A stretch of DNA of 55,551 nucleotides, the filler included, from Sphacelaria rigidula (Eukaryota): NCBI GenBank assembly GCA_964200075.2. It is 6 parts of 6 records of this genome, joined end to end, with 100 filler letters (N's around TTAATTAATTAA, not from the genome) between each part and the next. Parts side by side here need not be neighbours in the genome. Positions count along the whole stretch, not along the records: positions 9,277 to 18,452 come from CAXNAA020009120.1; positions 18,553 to 27,727 come from CAXNAA020009121.1; 4 more parts are not named here. One strand, written 5' to 3'. Of the stretch, positions 13,075-25,294 are shown in pieces. The position numbers were made by a program, and so were the translations under genes. How positions within the stretch are numbered: the stretch's first letter is position 1; every line of letters begins with the position of its first letter. The notes below the pieces were generated by a model. That model made no database searches, was not told the DNA's origin, and was given only the letters and a program-made list of their open reading frames with translations.

Positions 13075-14643
13075 GATGCTGCAGAAAGTCGGCGTGCTGT
13101 CATTTTCAGAGCCGTACTGGTTCGAAAGGATCGCCAACCTCAGGGTCCAGGAAGGATTTGACGATGCGACCGTCAGCAAGGTGAGTGAGGGCTTTGTCGA
13201 TGAAGATGCACCGTGCCTTACTTCCGCGTTTCGTTTGCCTTGTTTTTGTGTGTATGTGTTTCTATCCGTCGGTATTTCGTACGCCAGTTCGGTTGATGGA
13301 GTGACCTGATCACGCCACCCGAGCAAGCTGTTTGTTTGGGCTCTACGCAGCCGTGTTGCGCTGTTGTTGTTGTTGTTGCTGTTTTTGTTGCACTTAAATG
13401 AATTTACCGTAGAACATTGCACCGGAATATTTTGCCTTCCATGCATTGTGCAGTGGATATCAATTACGCATCTCTCGTGACCGTTTCCACACCCTCCGTT
13501 TGGGCTCGACCTTGCAGGTAAACACGCGCGTATCTCCCGTTTTGTTTCTCCACGTTGTCGTTTTGTATGTCTTGTGTCGCACGATCGTAGTTGTTCGGGG
13601 TTTGCGGTGCCGTGGACGTCATGCTGGCGCGCAAGGCTCTTTCCGCTCTGCCGCCGGTGAATGGGTCCGCTACGACGACCGGCGCATCCCTTGTGTCTTT
13701 CAATCCCAAGGTCAAGTGCTTCGTGATGATGGAGGCTGTCGTGAAGGCGATGCCGCACGCTCGGCATATGATCATGTATCGGGATGTCCGAAAGGTGAAC
13801 GCCAGTACAGTTGCCCCGGGACATAGCGAATAGGTATTCTGCCTGTTTTTGGTACAGTCAACAAGCGGGAAGTACTTCATCGTAATATGATGGTTTTGGA
13901 TCCCACAGCAGCTGGATGATTCTTGAGGACCCATTCTCCTAGTGCGCTGTTTTTCATCCAAGAAACTTCATCCTGTTCTACCGGGAGGTGATTGTGCTGT
14001 AGCGTGATCGGTGGAAGGCCTACTTTTCCGCTACGCTACTACACGACAGCCCCTCCCCCCTGTTATGTTGGTTCAGCGGAAACCCAGCGTGCTTCGTCAC
14101 GGCTCCGTAGGGATGCGAGGTCAATTGTCTTGTGACTACGGCATGCAGGATCATCGATACAACCTGCTATCTTGCGAGGTGTAGCTTCGTCTTTCTTGAA
14201 AAAGACATATTCAGTGGCATCATTTCATCAGTTTTGATTGACTCGACTTTTGTGTGCCTACTTCGGGTACGACATGGATAGCAAAAAGTGTCTTCGCTAT
14301 TCTTGGTGATTCATCAGCCAGTACGCCTGGCGCCTGCGTGTACCGCAGCACGCGAGCCGCATTTTCATGTTCACAGGGAGCTAGGGTGTGGTCGCTTGAC
14401 GAAAGGAGGAGTTTGCACTCCGTACGCACTTGCAGTGTTCTGCTCGCGAGCCTCTTTTGTTTACATCGGACCCAACTTGCCCACCGCCGCCCCCGTTCGG
14501 CAGGTCGCCGAGTCCTTCTGCAGAATCTGGAAGCAGGATTCGTCGGGGAGGGGCAAGGTTCGTGTGTGTGCGTGTCGTTGTAGTAGGGCCAAGGCATGGA
14601 TGCTTTCGCGTATGTTGACGTCCGGTCTGTACAAAACACACAC

Positions 14644-14707
<64 letters not shown>

Positions 14708-17700
14708 AGGTAGTAACCCTTCACATGGAATTAAATTTGGGCCTAGCTCAATCAGTTCACAGCGTTCTTTGCTTGCTCACTTGCCCCTGTTGCTGGATGT
14801 ATCTAAACGCTGCGGTTTCGTCTTTCGTGTGCAACCTCCATGTGTCTCGTGACACAAGCTGTGGGCCATGCTCCCTTGGGCGAAACGACCGGGTCCTCCC
14901 CCCCCCCGTGGTGACCGGCCTCTTCCCACTTTCAGCAAGGCTATGACAGAGGTAAGATAGGACTGTCCCCTCAGCGTAGGGCCTCTCAAGGCTCTGGAAT
15001 CGAGTAATCAGTACAGAGCTCCACACCAGAGCGGTATAGAGAATGTTGTGCAATATGTGCCGTGGACAGCGTACTAACAAGAGCTGGCTCTTTCCAGGTT
15101 GGCGTAACATTTGATTTCAGCCGAACGAGGAAGATTTTCGTCCGACCAGCGCAGGTTCGCTCTGCTACGTGTGATATCGACTGTGTGTGTCGTGTTGCGG
15201 TTTCATCCGTGGATGTCACGGTACCGAACGATGTCGGCACGGGCTAGCATTCTCGTCATCATCTTTTATCGCCGCCGTCTTTCTTGTTGTCAGGCTCCAT
15301 TCTAACTGCCCGTGGAGGCCTGCCCACTCGTTGTTTGACGCAAGCAAGCCCAATCTTCCCGGAAGGGGAGAGGGGGCACTGACGGCAAAAGCCACACGTG
15401 AATATACAGCGACAGTGGTAAGGTCGAGATCGCTGACTTCGCTCTTTTGTCCGATGTCACACCATCACAGTTCAACCATCTGGCGTGTGCATAACGTACC
15501 CTCACATACCCACAATTCGGCGTGTGCATGGCGTTTTTGAAACGTCGAGCTCCATCGTCACAATAGGATCACTCAGGGCACGACTCGCGCGCGACCGTCG
15601 TTTTGGGTCGCAGACTGGTTGACTCTTCGTTTTATGTCGCCTCCGTGCTTTCGCCAACGTGTTCATGTGTGGCATGATATGCTTTGGGGTTGTGAAAAAC
15701 ATAACGCGTACATCAGGTGCAGGCATCGGGCTTGATTGTAAAGCCTTCAAAGATATGGGCCTGGATAGTGACGAGGAACTGGATGGAAACAATGTGCCTG
15801 TGGCAAGAAATGCTAGCGTCCGGCATGATAGAGGAGAAAGGCACCCTGGCTCTCAGGATGGAAGACTACATTCTGAAGGTGATTTTTGCCCTTCACCACA
15901 TCAAACGCGACTTCGCTCCTAGATTTCAATGATGGCTCGGCTCGGCTTTGGTTGTGGACGAGAACGGCACAGCCATCTAGATGTTCTAGAGTATTCGGCA
16001 TTCCTCCCCTGAAGATAACACAGGTACCCTGGAATGCCGACAGCCTGTAACCCCAGGCACCCTTGTGTGGTTACGTATGTACTCTCTTTGCGTCTGAAGG
16101 CAGCCCTGACACCGATGCAGGAAGAGTCACACCTGAAATTGTTGGCTTCAAAACGCGCACCGCCCAGAGGAGATGCTCATGAGAACAACTGCGTCATTTA
16201 TCACGGCTAAAAACTGCTCTGTCGAGTGTCAACGCGTACCACAGGTGGTCTATGGAACAGGCGGATGCTCCCCTATTTTCCTAAATTTGTTGATGGGCTT
16301 TGTGCCGCGAGTGCACCTCCGTTGATTGCATTGGACGTGTATCGAGTTTTCTGGTGTCCCATTTTTCCTTGCGACAAAACCGATGAGGCACAAGGCACCG
16401 GGCATCCGTTGTTAGGTACTGTAGAGTTTCCCCACTTCCGTCATGCGCCGCTATCCAAGTCTTTTTGCGTGGATGTTTTGGGCGAGAACCGGGGCTTGCG
16501 GTGCAGTTGTATTGCGCATGAAAGTGGCGTCACCCGACATGATTTTCACTTGTCTTGCAGACACAAAAGTGCATGAGAAATGCGGCGAGGAGTATAGTCG
16601 GGTGAGATATCGGCACTTTTCTGACTGGTGACGGGTCGTCGGAACCTACAATGTGGCACTACAGTAGTGGGCGGTCTACCTACTATTCTTTTTTTGACAT
16701 TTTGTGATTTTTTCGTGATAGACAATTTTCTTGGACTCTTTTCGCTTGCCACCGCCTGTCACATCAGGGATCTGAAGATATTTGTATCCGCTCCACATTC
16801 CAAGAAGGAAAAATCATATGTACTCAATATTGAATAACTTACGGGCTGGCTGGTCATCGGGGGTCCTGCCACGTTTCAGCCCAGATTCTTACTCTTCTGT
16901 ATTTCCGGTCAATCGAGCCCGTTCTGATCATATTTGCAGAGAAATGTACAGTTTCATTTTTTTGAAATTATACCTACTGATTGCACTAGGGCCGAAAAAC
17001 TGTGTTTCACGGCCAATAACACCCTCCTGATGAACGGGGTATTTACTCGTTTCGCCCGAGAACACCAACATACCGTGACTTGGGCACTGTGGTTTGAGGA
17101 TGATCTCTTGTGTGGTACCAAAATCTACCGACGCTAGCAATTTCGACTTCTATGGAAGAGTTGTACGTCAGGAAAACCCCAAAATATCCCTAAATAGTTA
17201 GACCGCCCACTACTGTACAATCAGATGTCACTTTTCCATCATTTTTATCATGAACCGTTCTTTTGCGTTTTTCCACCTGTTTGTGGATTGATATTTTGTT
17301 CCTTTTGACAGGATCCTGAGATGATCGAGAGCATTCTACGTTTCGTGCTCGGAGATGATCTCGAGATCAGTCAGGATGTTTTGACCGTGGCCCTGGAAGC
17401 GTTTGAGAGACACTCTCAAGTAAGCGATGTCGGGTCAGGGTCAGGGTCAGGGTCGGACTTTCGGCGGTGTTTTTTGTTGTTGCTCTGAAGTAGGCACCCC
17501 GCTATGGCACTTGGTGCAGCCATGTGCAGCCATGTTTACCAGCACATTTTTATAGTCGGATGTTCATGCTTGTATTGGTGTCAGGCCGCCCCGTCGACCC
17601 ACCCGCGTACGATGCTCGACATGGTAGGCTTGCGTGAACTACAACCACTTCTTCACCTGGCAATATAGGTTGTGATATAGTAGAGTATACGGTACCTAAA

Positions 17701-17987
17701 GAACACTGTCAATCCCATCTTATACACAGGAAGAACCACGTTGTCATAACGCAGAGCTCACATCAGTGTTTTCAATTGTCCAACAAGTGTTTCCGCTTTG
17801 TCACCCTCGTCCCATGCGTGTGTGCATATTTGCGTAGGAGGGAGATAGGATGGCGAAATCGAGCTTTGCGGCAAAAGTGTTGAACTCCAAGGACCTGAAG
17901 GAGATTGAGGCCGTTGCGGCAGTTGTTCCTCTGATTAGCTCATGCGACTTCGGCTTTCCTTACAGCCTGCGGCCCCGTTCACCTTAG
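13075..17987 (+). CDS. Sulfotransferase-fold (P-loop/PAPS-dependent) protein, 3' seven exons
   Basis: Exons 13075-13180, 13591-13794, 14504-14557, 15098-15154, 15717-15878, 17312-17419, 17838-17987 are all GT-AG and in phase. Protein: MLQKVGVLSFSEPYWF...-LFGVCGAVDV...FNPKVKCFVMMEAVVKAMPHARHMIMYRDVRK-VAESFCRIW...-VGVTFDF...-...WMETMCLWQEML...TLALRMEDYILK-DPEMIESILRFVLG...EAFERHSQ-EGDRM...RPRSP*. The order SEP, P.A+.+.+YRD...V..S (3'-PB), R.ED...DP...+.F matches sulfotransferase family motifs. The 5'-PSB exon was not found in the contig. Confidence 0.8.
14644..14704. repeat. (GA)n microsatellite
   Basis: About 28 GA units in an intron. Confidence 0.95.
16662..17215. mobile_element. Tc1/mariner-type MITE in a sulfotransferase-gene intron
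   Basis: Perfect 17-bp TIR CAGTAGTGGGCGGTCTA / TAGACCGCCCACTACTG with TA on both sides. Confidence 0.85.
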
Positions 17988-18389
17988 GAAAGTCGGCCCA
18001 TGCGGGTGCAGTCTTGGTACTCGTGCAGTCATTTGGAAGTACAGGGTCCCACTTTGATGCTGTGTGACTCCTCCTCACTGAGGCTGAGTTATGACTGCAG
18101 TGAAAAATACGCGTTTTTTTTATTATAAGGGCAGCAGGCTGGTTGTGACCCACGTAGACGTCGGTGTCGTCCTCCAGTCCCCGGAATCTGAAATCCGTCA
18201 TAATGAGTGAGATTGCTCTAGACCACAACCAAGGCATACCTGATGGCCTGATGGGCGAAGGACATTCAAGATAGGGAGAACGTTTTTGATGGGCTTGATG
18301 ACATCATTCGTTACTTCAACGCAGAAAAACATTAAACACGAGAATAATTTCAAACAGTTTTTTATGCAAGATTTTTTCATTGTCAATAC

Positions 18390-18452
18390 TCGCCCCGGTG
18401 GCTCAGTTGGTAACCTCGTAACCTTCTGATGGTTGAGTTGGGGGGTTCGATT
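18390..18452 (+). mobile_element. tRNA-derived SINE head, truncated by contig end
   Basis: cgccccggtggctcagttggtaacctcgtaaccttctgatggttgagttgggggGTTCGAtt; same head as the copies at 2734 and 45762. Confidence 0.7.
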
Positions 18453-19534
18453 NNNNNNNNNNNNNNNNNNNNNNNNNNNNNNNNNNNNNNNNNNNNTTAA
18501 TTAATTAANNNNNNNNNNNNNNNNNNNNNNNNNNNNNNNNNNNNNNNNNNNNATTCGGTTATTCGACTTCATTTTGCATTGAGTATCGCAATTAGTTTTG
18601 TAGCTGCCCATGTGTGCCGCCGCGCCCTGGGTCAAATGGTACAGCTTCGCCATTCGGTCAGACGAAGGTGGGTTCGAAGTCCAGAAGGTGCGTTCGGGTT
18701 ACCTATTATTCATGCACCTGATTTCCGTCGATAACACATGAGGGTGCGAGTAGAAAACGACTGTATCTGATGAGATTCCATCCGGTGAGGAAGTGCTGAT
18801 CCAATCGATGCGCGATACCGTAATGAAATCAGACGTATATAGGGGAAGGGATGGGTTTGGCGCTTCAAATGACGGACTACGGAATCGTCCCGGAAAAAAG
18901 TGTGTGTGAAAGGGAAGGAAAATGATTAAAAGTGTTACCAACATATTCATACAGTATTTATCCCCCACCAGGACGAGTCAACGAAACCCCGGCGTGCTCC
19001 GTCCCGGCTTCGTAGGAGCGAAACCTCTTGTGGGGTTGGCGTCGGTTGGCGACGACACTGTAAAACACGCCACTCACCGCGCAATCTAGGCAATCAGGTT
19101 ACCAACTTTGTTTGCGCGCTTTAGTTTTGGTTTTGCGGTAACCATGAGGGTGGTCGAGGTAGATATATTATGCGGGATGGGAGAACATTAAGTCTGCGCA
19201 AAGGAGATGATCGTATTACGTAGTGTTTGAATGGTGAGACACCCATGAGGCATTGTATAAACCGTCGCTGTCTCTGGAAGTGGCGATACCACAAAATGAA
19301 GCAACTCGTTATAGGCTGTCATCCAAATGCGGGATAAGCAATACCCTTCGGGTCGAAAAATCTCAGCAGGATGCAGCTCACCCTTCGTGCGAGTCGCCGA
19401 GCACACCACGGCGTTTCGCGCTTGGTGATTGACTACGAGCCTGGTCCGGCGAAAATCCGTCTTTCTCCGTCCCGGCTTTGTAGGGATGAAAGGTCAATGG
19501 TCATATGACTGTGGCATGCAAGACCGTGTGTACA

Positions 19535-19792
19535 GAGCAATGCTACGGTAGGGGTACACGTGTTGCGCAAACTCTCGTGTGTTTCAGGGGCTCCTAACGA
19601 TGCTAGATGTTAAAAATATGGCTCAGGGCGTCCCCGTTTGCAAATTCATTCGGGAAATCCTCAGCACATTGAAACCGTAACCCTGGCGTTCCTCGACGCA
19701 TTCCATAAGTTGTGCGCTGGCTAAGATGAAGGGCTCTTAACAACTTTCACAGCGGAAGAAAATAGTTGCGTACCCCTGCCGTGGAATCACTC
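19535..19792. mobile_element. Sola2-like MITE (258 bp), same TIR family
   Basis: GAGCAATGCTACGGTAGGGGTAC ... GTACCCCTGCCGTGGAATCACTC flanked by a 4-bp duplication TACA. Confidence 0.75.
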
Positions 19793-21171
19793 TACACCAG
19801 CACGAGCCGGTAATTTGAATAGATCAGTTCGTCTCTCACCCTAGAGTGGCCCTTGTGTTCCGGTGTCGCGGGTTGCACCAGCACTATCGTCAGCGTTCCT
19901 TTGCTGCTCATGCTGTCACACTTTCAACGACGGATCCCATTTTCTGTTTTGCCCCGCAAATCGTACGGTATCTGTCGGGATTTGCACCCGCAATCTGTCG
20001 CCTTACCCGGCTTTTGTTGCACCCGTTCGACCACGGAGGCGCCGCCGTGGTACGAACTGATGATGCGGGATACACACAGGTGCAATGTTTGTGCGAACCG
20101 CGTGCGCTTTGGGCCGCATCAGAGTTCAAAACACCCCGGGACCGACGGTTTCCGATATTTTTCAAGACCGCTCGGGCCGGTACCCGCAGAGACCGCGCCT
20201 CCAACCCTCACGGTGATCCTAACCTCAACCGTAGGGTGTTTCAGATCCGATGCGGTTTGAAAAGCATGCGGTCCGCACACTCGTTACACTGGTATCTATA
20301 ATGATGACACTGAAGAGCGAGTCACGCATCCTAAACAATGAGATCGTATAGACAATATTTGCCGTGTCCATGGACGCCGATCACTCAAAGCCAAAACAAT
20401 TACTTGTGCTGAGTTACGTTTAGCACACGATACTGGAGGTTTGCATCGCTACGGAACGCTTCGCTCTTACGAACAAGAACGGATGACTGATGCCATAGGG
20501 AGGTGATGCCTAGACAGACCCCCCAAACCAGCGCCGAAACTGTCAAGAGGGACACGGTCGTACAGCACATGGTGATGGGTGGTTCCAGGCTGCGTGAAGC
20601 GCCTCATATGGGCGCCATGGACGAAAACAATCCCAACCGTAAGAGTACCCAGCAGCTGCTACTCGGTGCACTCCTATTTTGCCATTTCGATCCGCCCGTC
20701 GATTTTGCCTCGTCAAACCAGCCACTTTTCTATGGGGTCTATCGGGGCTCCACTACTTGATAGAGATGGACAAAGTATGTCTCGGGTTTGAATTGTGAGT
20801 AGCCCGTTTGGTCATCGAAAACTTCACTTATTGTGCATGGTCAGGGCACGCCACCATTTTCATTCCAACGGGCTAGGGATATCTCGGATTGATTTTGAAA
20901 CAGGAATGTCCCAAGTCATCTTCTTGTTTAGCTCCTAACGCAAGGAGTCCCCCTCAATGAGAAACATTTGGACCCGGTTGTGCAACCGATACCATGGTAT
21001 GGCCCGGATGTGAGTACAGGTATTGCGCGTATGATGTACGTGTCGTGCGTAAGAACGTGTATTGCACCCAATGCTTGGGGGGGATGCCGCCACGGCACGT
21101 CCTACAGGAGAGCCCGGCATCTCGTTACATACTATAGAGCACACGCAAGACAGTTCCAGGAAAGAAGCATT

Positions 21172-21533
21172 CACACGCGGCCATCTGGCTACCTCTCAAA
21201 AAGCCCCCGGAGGGATGCACCGCCCTCCCGAGGCAAAACAAGCCTCCGGTGGCCTTCCATTCCTCTGGAACAAACCAAACACTACAGTGTGGGAGGGCCG
21301 CGCACCCCTCCGGAGGAGTGGAAGGGGGGGTGGCAAGAATCCCCCAGAGGTATGCGCGGCCCTCCAGAGGCAATTACAAGCCTCCGGAGGCGTGTCATCC
21401 CTATGAAGGAAACCAAAAAAATACTTTTCGCGAGAGCCGCGCACTCCTCCGGAGGCGTTCAGTTCCTTTGAGGCTTGAAGCGTTGACAGACCGCCCTGGA
21501 GGAATTTTACTGGTGGCCAAATGGCCGCGTGGG
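21172..21533. mobile_element. MITE with CACACGCGGCCAT.TGGCTACC TIRs and internal CCTCCGGAGG repeats
   Basis: TIR cacacgcggccatctggctacc / ggtggccaaatggccgcgtggg; colinear with 48735-49067. Confidence 0.8.
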
Positions 21534-22353
21534 TGGCACATGGCTACGTAGACGCAGGATATACTGCCCACAGCGATGATGGCGTCAGCAGTACTGGCAC
21601 CTAATACTCTACAAAGCAAATATCATTGATCGAGAAAAGAGTATGACAAATAACCCGGGGGGTGGAGATGTAAGGTAACCTCGAAATTTCAGAATTTTAG
21701 CAAAGAGGGCCGCGCATGTGACGGAAACGTTATGAACACATAAAGGGTGACAAACATGGCAGTAATGATCCTATTTTGTGTCCCGAGCAACTTTGCCTCT
21801 CGTTGCATGATTATACATACACACACATATATACGATCTTTCGCTTACCACACGCAAGCACAAGGTGTGATATGATGTGACTGCAGGACGTAGCCGTGAT
21901 CTCGGACAAAAGTGGCATTGAACGATGNNNNNNNNNACAGTTTCCCATTGGAGTATCTACAGACCTCGAGAAAGTGAGTCCCAGAGATAAAGAGCAGTAG
22001 TCGGGCTGCTGTTTTTGTCTGGTGTATTTTATTGATCAAAGCTTTGGCCTGTTTCGGTTTGTTTTACAATTGTGTGCTATAACTGAACTGTAGGTGAAGC
22101 CTGGATACAATCAACTGCTGGATAAAAGTGTGCTATTCTGGTCTGTATTATTTGCTCGTTGTCCTTTGTGAAACAACTGAGTTCAGCATGCGCTGCTGAG
22201 CTGAGTTACCAAACAACGTACGCAGAGGTCTGAACCTGGAACAATCTCGGAGTGAACACCATTATAACCCCCACAAGGTGCTCCTCCCCTTTTCACTTCA
22301 CAGTTGAACCTCACCCAAATGTTGAACCTCGAAAACGGATCCAGCCTGTTTAA

Positions 22354-22797
22354 AACACGGGATCTTACAAATTGGGGATGGATCTTTATTTGGGGATGAG
22401 AAACCCGGAGAATTATAATCTTCGTGTCCACACCAAATCTTCGAAATATGATTCTATTTCTTCACCTACTGATAGCTATTGACAACTGCTACACGCAATA
22501 GAAATTTGGATTTCGATCACCGAAACGTTGGGGTCCTAGGGGAAAAAACATTTTCTAGGAATTTCGGGTGTCCGAACGGAAGCCAAAATGGTTCCGAAAT
22601 TGGTTTTTCACCCAAGACCTCAACATTTCGGTGACCAAAATCCAAATTTCTTTGGCGTGTAGTAGTTGTCAATAGCTATCAGGAGGTGAAGAAATGAAAC
22701 CATACTTCAAAGATTTGGTGTGGATTTGAAGATTTTAGTTCGCCGGATTTTTCATCCCGAATAAAATATCTATTCCCAATTTGTAAGATCCCGCGTT
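22354..22797. mobile_element. Foldback (near-fully palindromic) MITE, Kolobok-like ends
   Basis: ttaa-AACACGGGATCTTACAAATTGGG ... CCCAATTTGTAAGATCCCGCGTT-ttag with ~200-bp inverted arms. A TTAA-like target with RR..YY termini suggests Kolobok. Confidence 0.7.
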
Positions 22798-23576
22798 TTA
22801 GCCTCTTAGCTCTTCAATGTAAGGGATCACATTTTTCACGACTATCCTGGCTGGACTGTCCACATATTTTCAGGGGAATCAAGCCAAATACCGCAATTTG
22901 TCTTGTCTCCGGTGGCGCTACCGCGAGGCCCCCTCACCAGCCGGGGGGGTGGCGTTGGGGCTCGCGGCTTTGCCGCTTGACGCCGATGTTCTCACCGTCG
23001 ATCGGCTTCGCCGGTCAACAACTATGAGAATGAAATGAGGTCGAAATCGTATTTGATGGTGAAGCTGGTACCCGTTAAACGTCATTTGAAGGAAAGCTTC
23101 GACGGGTACGAGGTTCAATATCATGTTCAATTTCGTCCTGTGTTTGTTCCCAGAGGAAAATCTTGTTACCATGTTTGAAGATCGCCTGTCACATGTAAAC
23201 CAACGCAAACACCAAATGAAAATGAGTGAAGGTCAACAGCGGCATGGCTGGTGCGGGACATTTTTCTCGTGGGTTGAAAAACAACGAATGACATCCTTCA
23301 CTTCACGCCCCACGTCCTTTCGACCCCGAACCCTGCCTCTCTGGCCCTTCAGAACAACGTTAAAAACTGGCAAAACACCACCGTGAAAGTAGGATAAAAC
23401 ATTTGCAAGCAGCTATTATATTAGCTGCAGGAATCGTGCGCAGTGAATGGACAACTGGTTGAGTACACTGATTCTTGACTGCAGCTTCCCCAAAGGGTGC
23501 GAAGCCGTCTAGAATGACCTCGAAAACTTAGCTGCCTTGTTGATGTTTTTCGATCACACATCAATTTAATCTTTCA

Positions 23577-24497
23577 GACTGTGACGGTTTAAGAGACAAC
23601 CAACTAGACTATTGACAAGTCAGCGCTGACTTGTCAATAGTCTAGTAGTCTAGTTGGTTGTCTCCTACACCGTCACAAAAGTTAGTCGTGGGGGTTCAAT
23701 CCCCGTCGCTTTCACTCCGAGGAGGGCGACTCCCCTTGCCCGCGCTCTATCGATTGCCATCAGGACCTCTACTGTTGTCCCTCTCACCATACCCTAGAGT
23801 TACTCGTCTCCCCCACTCCTTTCCAGAGTGTGTGCACTAGGGTCCCTAGCAGTACACTCCAAAAATAGCCACCAGGCTGTACCCCACCCTTTGTTCTTTG
23901 GGCCAATTTTTTACAGAGGTTTTCTCTCCTCTTTTTTTTTCAAAGAAAGTGCGTCCGACGGGAATCGAACCAGCGACTCTCTTTTGTGACGGTTCAAGAG
24001 ATAACCAACTAGACCACTGACCAGTCAGCGCTGACTGGTCAGTAGTCTAGTTGGTTGTCGCTGACTGGTCAGCAGTCTACTTGGTTATCTTTTCAACCGT
24101 CGCAAAAGTTGGTCGCGGGGGTTCACTTTCCGTTCCTTTCACTCCGAAGAGAGCGACCCACTTCCCCGGCGCTCTTTCGACTACTATGACCGATCTTTAG
24201 ATTTGTCACTCTTCACCATGTCCTTGAGTTGCTCTTCTTCCCCACTCGTTGCCAGAGTGTGCACTGATACCTTTGATCGAGTCCAAACATTGCTACTAGG
24301 CTGTACTCACGCTTCTCCTTTGGGCCAATTTTTTGCAGACGTTTTCTCTCCTCTCTCCTTTTCAAAGAAGGTGCGTTCGACGGGAATCGAACCAGCGACT
24401 AATTTTTGTGTCGGTTTACGAGACAACCAACTGGACTACTGACCAGTCAGCGCTGACTGATCAGTTGTCTAGTTGGTTGTCTCTTAAACCGTCTCAC
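23577..24497. repeat. Tandem ~405-422 bp units bounded by inverted tRNA-like heads
   Basis: Three palindromes centred on GTCAGCGCTGAC at 23624/5, 24029/30 and 24451/2. Each arm reads gctgactggtcagtRGTCTAGTTGGttRtctc..aaccGTCacaaaa...gtcgc.GGTTCGATTCCcgtc. Confidence 0.8.
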
Positions 24498-24813
24498 TAT
24501 CCGCACCTTTTTGTGAGAGGCATCATTTTGACTTGAAATCAAAGCTAATTGAAAGTGCCACAAATATACCGTTGTGAGGAATCCGGTCCCAACAGCTTCA
24601 ATGGTCGAGGCGTAGGTTAATATCGCGGACATGTCGGAAATCATTAGTGGGGTCGCGTTTTTCACATTTTTCAGCCCATTTTTCGCAATTTTTCGTGATA
24701 TCGGGTCTCTCATCCTTTCCTGGGAAAACGAGCGAAAAATGGCCGTTTTTGGACGGACCTACTTTTTCTCGGCCGCGCGGCTGCACCCACGTAGAATAAA
24801 GAATTTTGGTTTA

Positions 24814-25294
24814 GGCCGGATGTTACGGCACACAGGTATTTGGCTCACGGATTGTCCACTTTATTGGCGTTTGAGCCGCTTTTGGACCCCCAAACAGGGA
24901 GAATTGCCAATACACGTCTTCGACACTTTGCATCAGCCCACAGAGAGGAGCCTAGACCACTTTTTAGATTCGCTTGGCTCCCAGATTTCGAGAGCGGCCG
25001 CTCAACAAAAGTACGTGTGCAAGAAAATCTACGGCGACCTCGACAGATTATTGGGCAAACTGGCGGGCGTCGGCAAGCACGGATTTTCGCACACGAATTT
25101 TTGTTGAGCGGCCGCTCTCGAAACCTTGGAGCCAAGCCAATCTGAAAAGTGGACTAGGCTCCTCTCTGTGGGATGATGCAAAGTGTGCACGGTGTGTGTT
25201 GGCGATTTTCCTGTTTGGGGGTCAAAAATGGGGTCAAATGTCTCAAAGGTCAACAATCTATGGGCCAAAATTCTGTTTGCCATAACATACAGCC
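24814..25294. mobile_element. Foldback MITE, PIF/Harbinger-like ends
   Basis: tta-GGCCGGATGTTACGGCA ... TGCCATAACATACAGCC with ~215-bp inverted arms (cccacagagaggagcctag / ctaggctcctctctgtggg; gagagcggccgctcaacaaaa / ttttgttgagcggccgctctc). Confidence 0.75.

Noticed and set aside
8186-13180. Splicing the 8186-8279 exon (GA/) onto the 13075 exon (/G ATG), which is phase compatible
   Set aside because: An artificial contig linker lies between them, and the join would omit the sulfotransferase 5'-PSB loop.
12970-13824. 284-aa minus-strand ORF (longest in the track)
   Set aside because: It is the antisense shadow of sulfotransferase exons and intron, with no recognisable motif.
20968-21551. ORFs similar to 48624-49093
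   Set aside because: They are translations of a shared non-coding GC-rich MITE.
23946-24029. Functional tRNA-Asp gene
   Set aside because: The acceptor and anticodon stems do not pair properly, and the sequence is part of a repeated palindromic unit.
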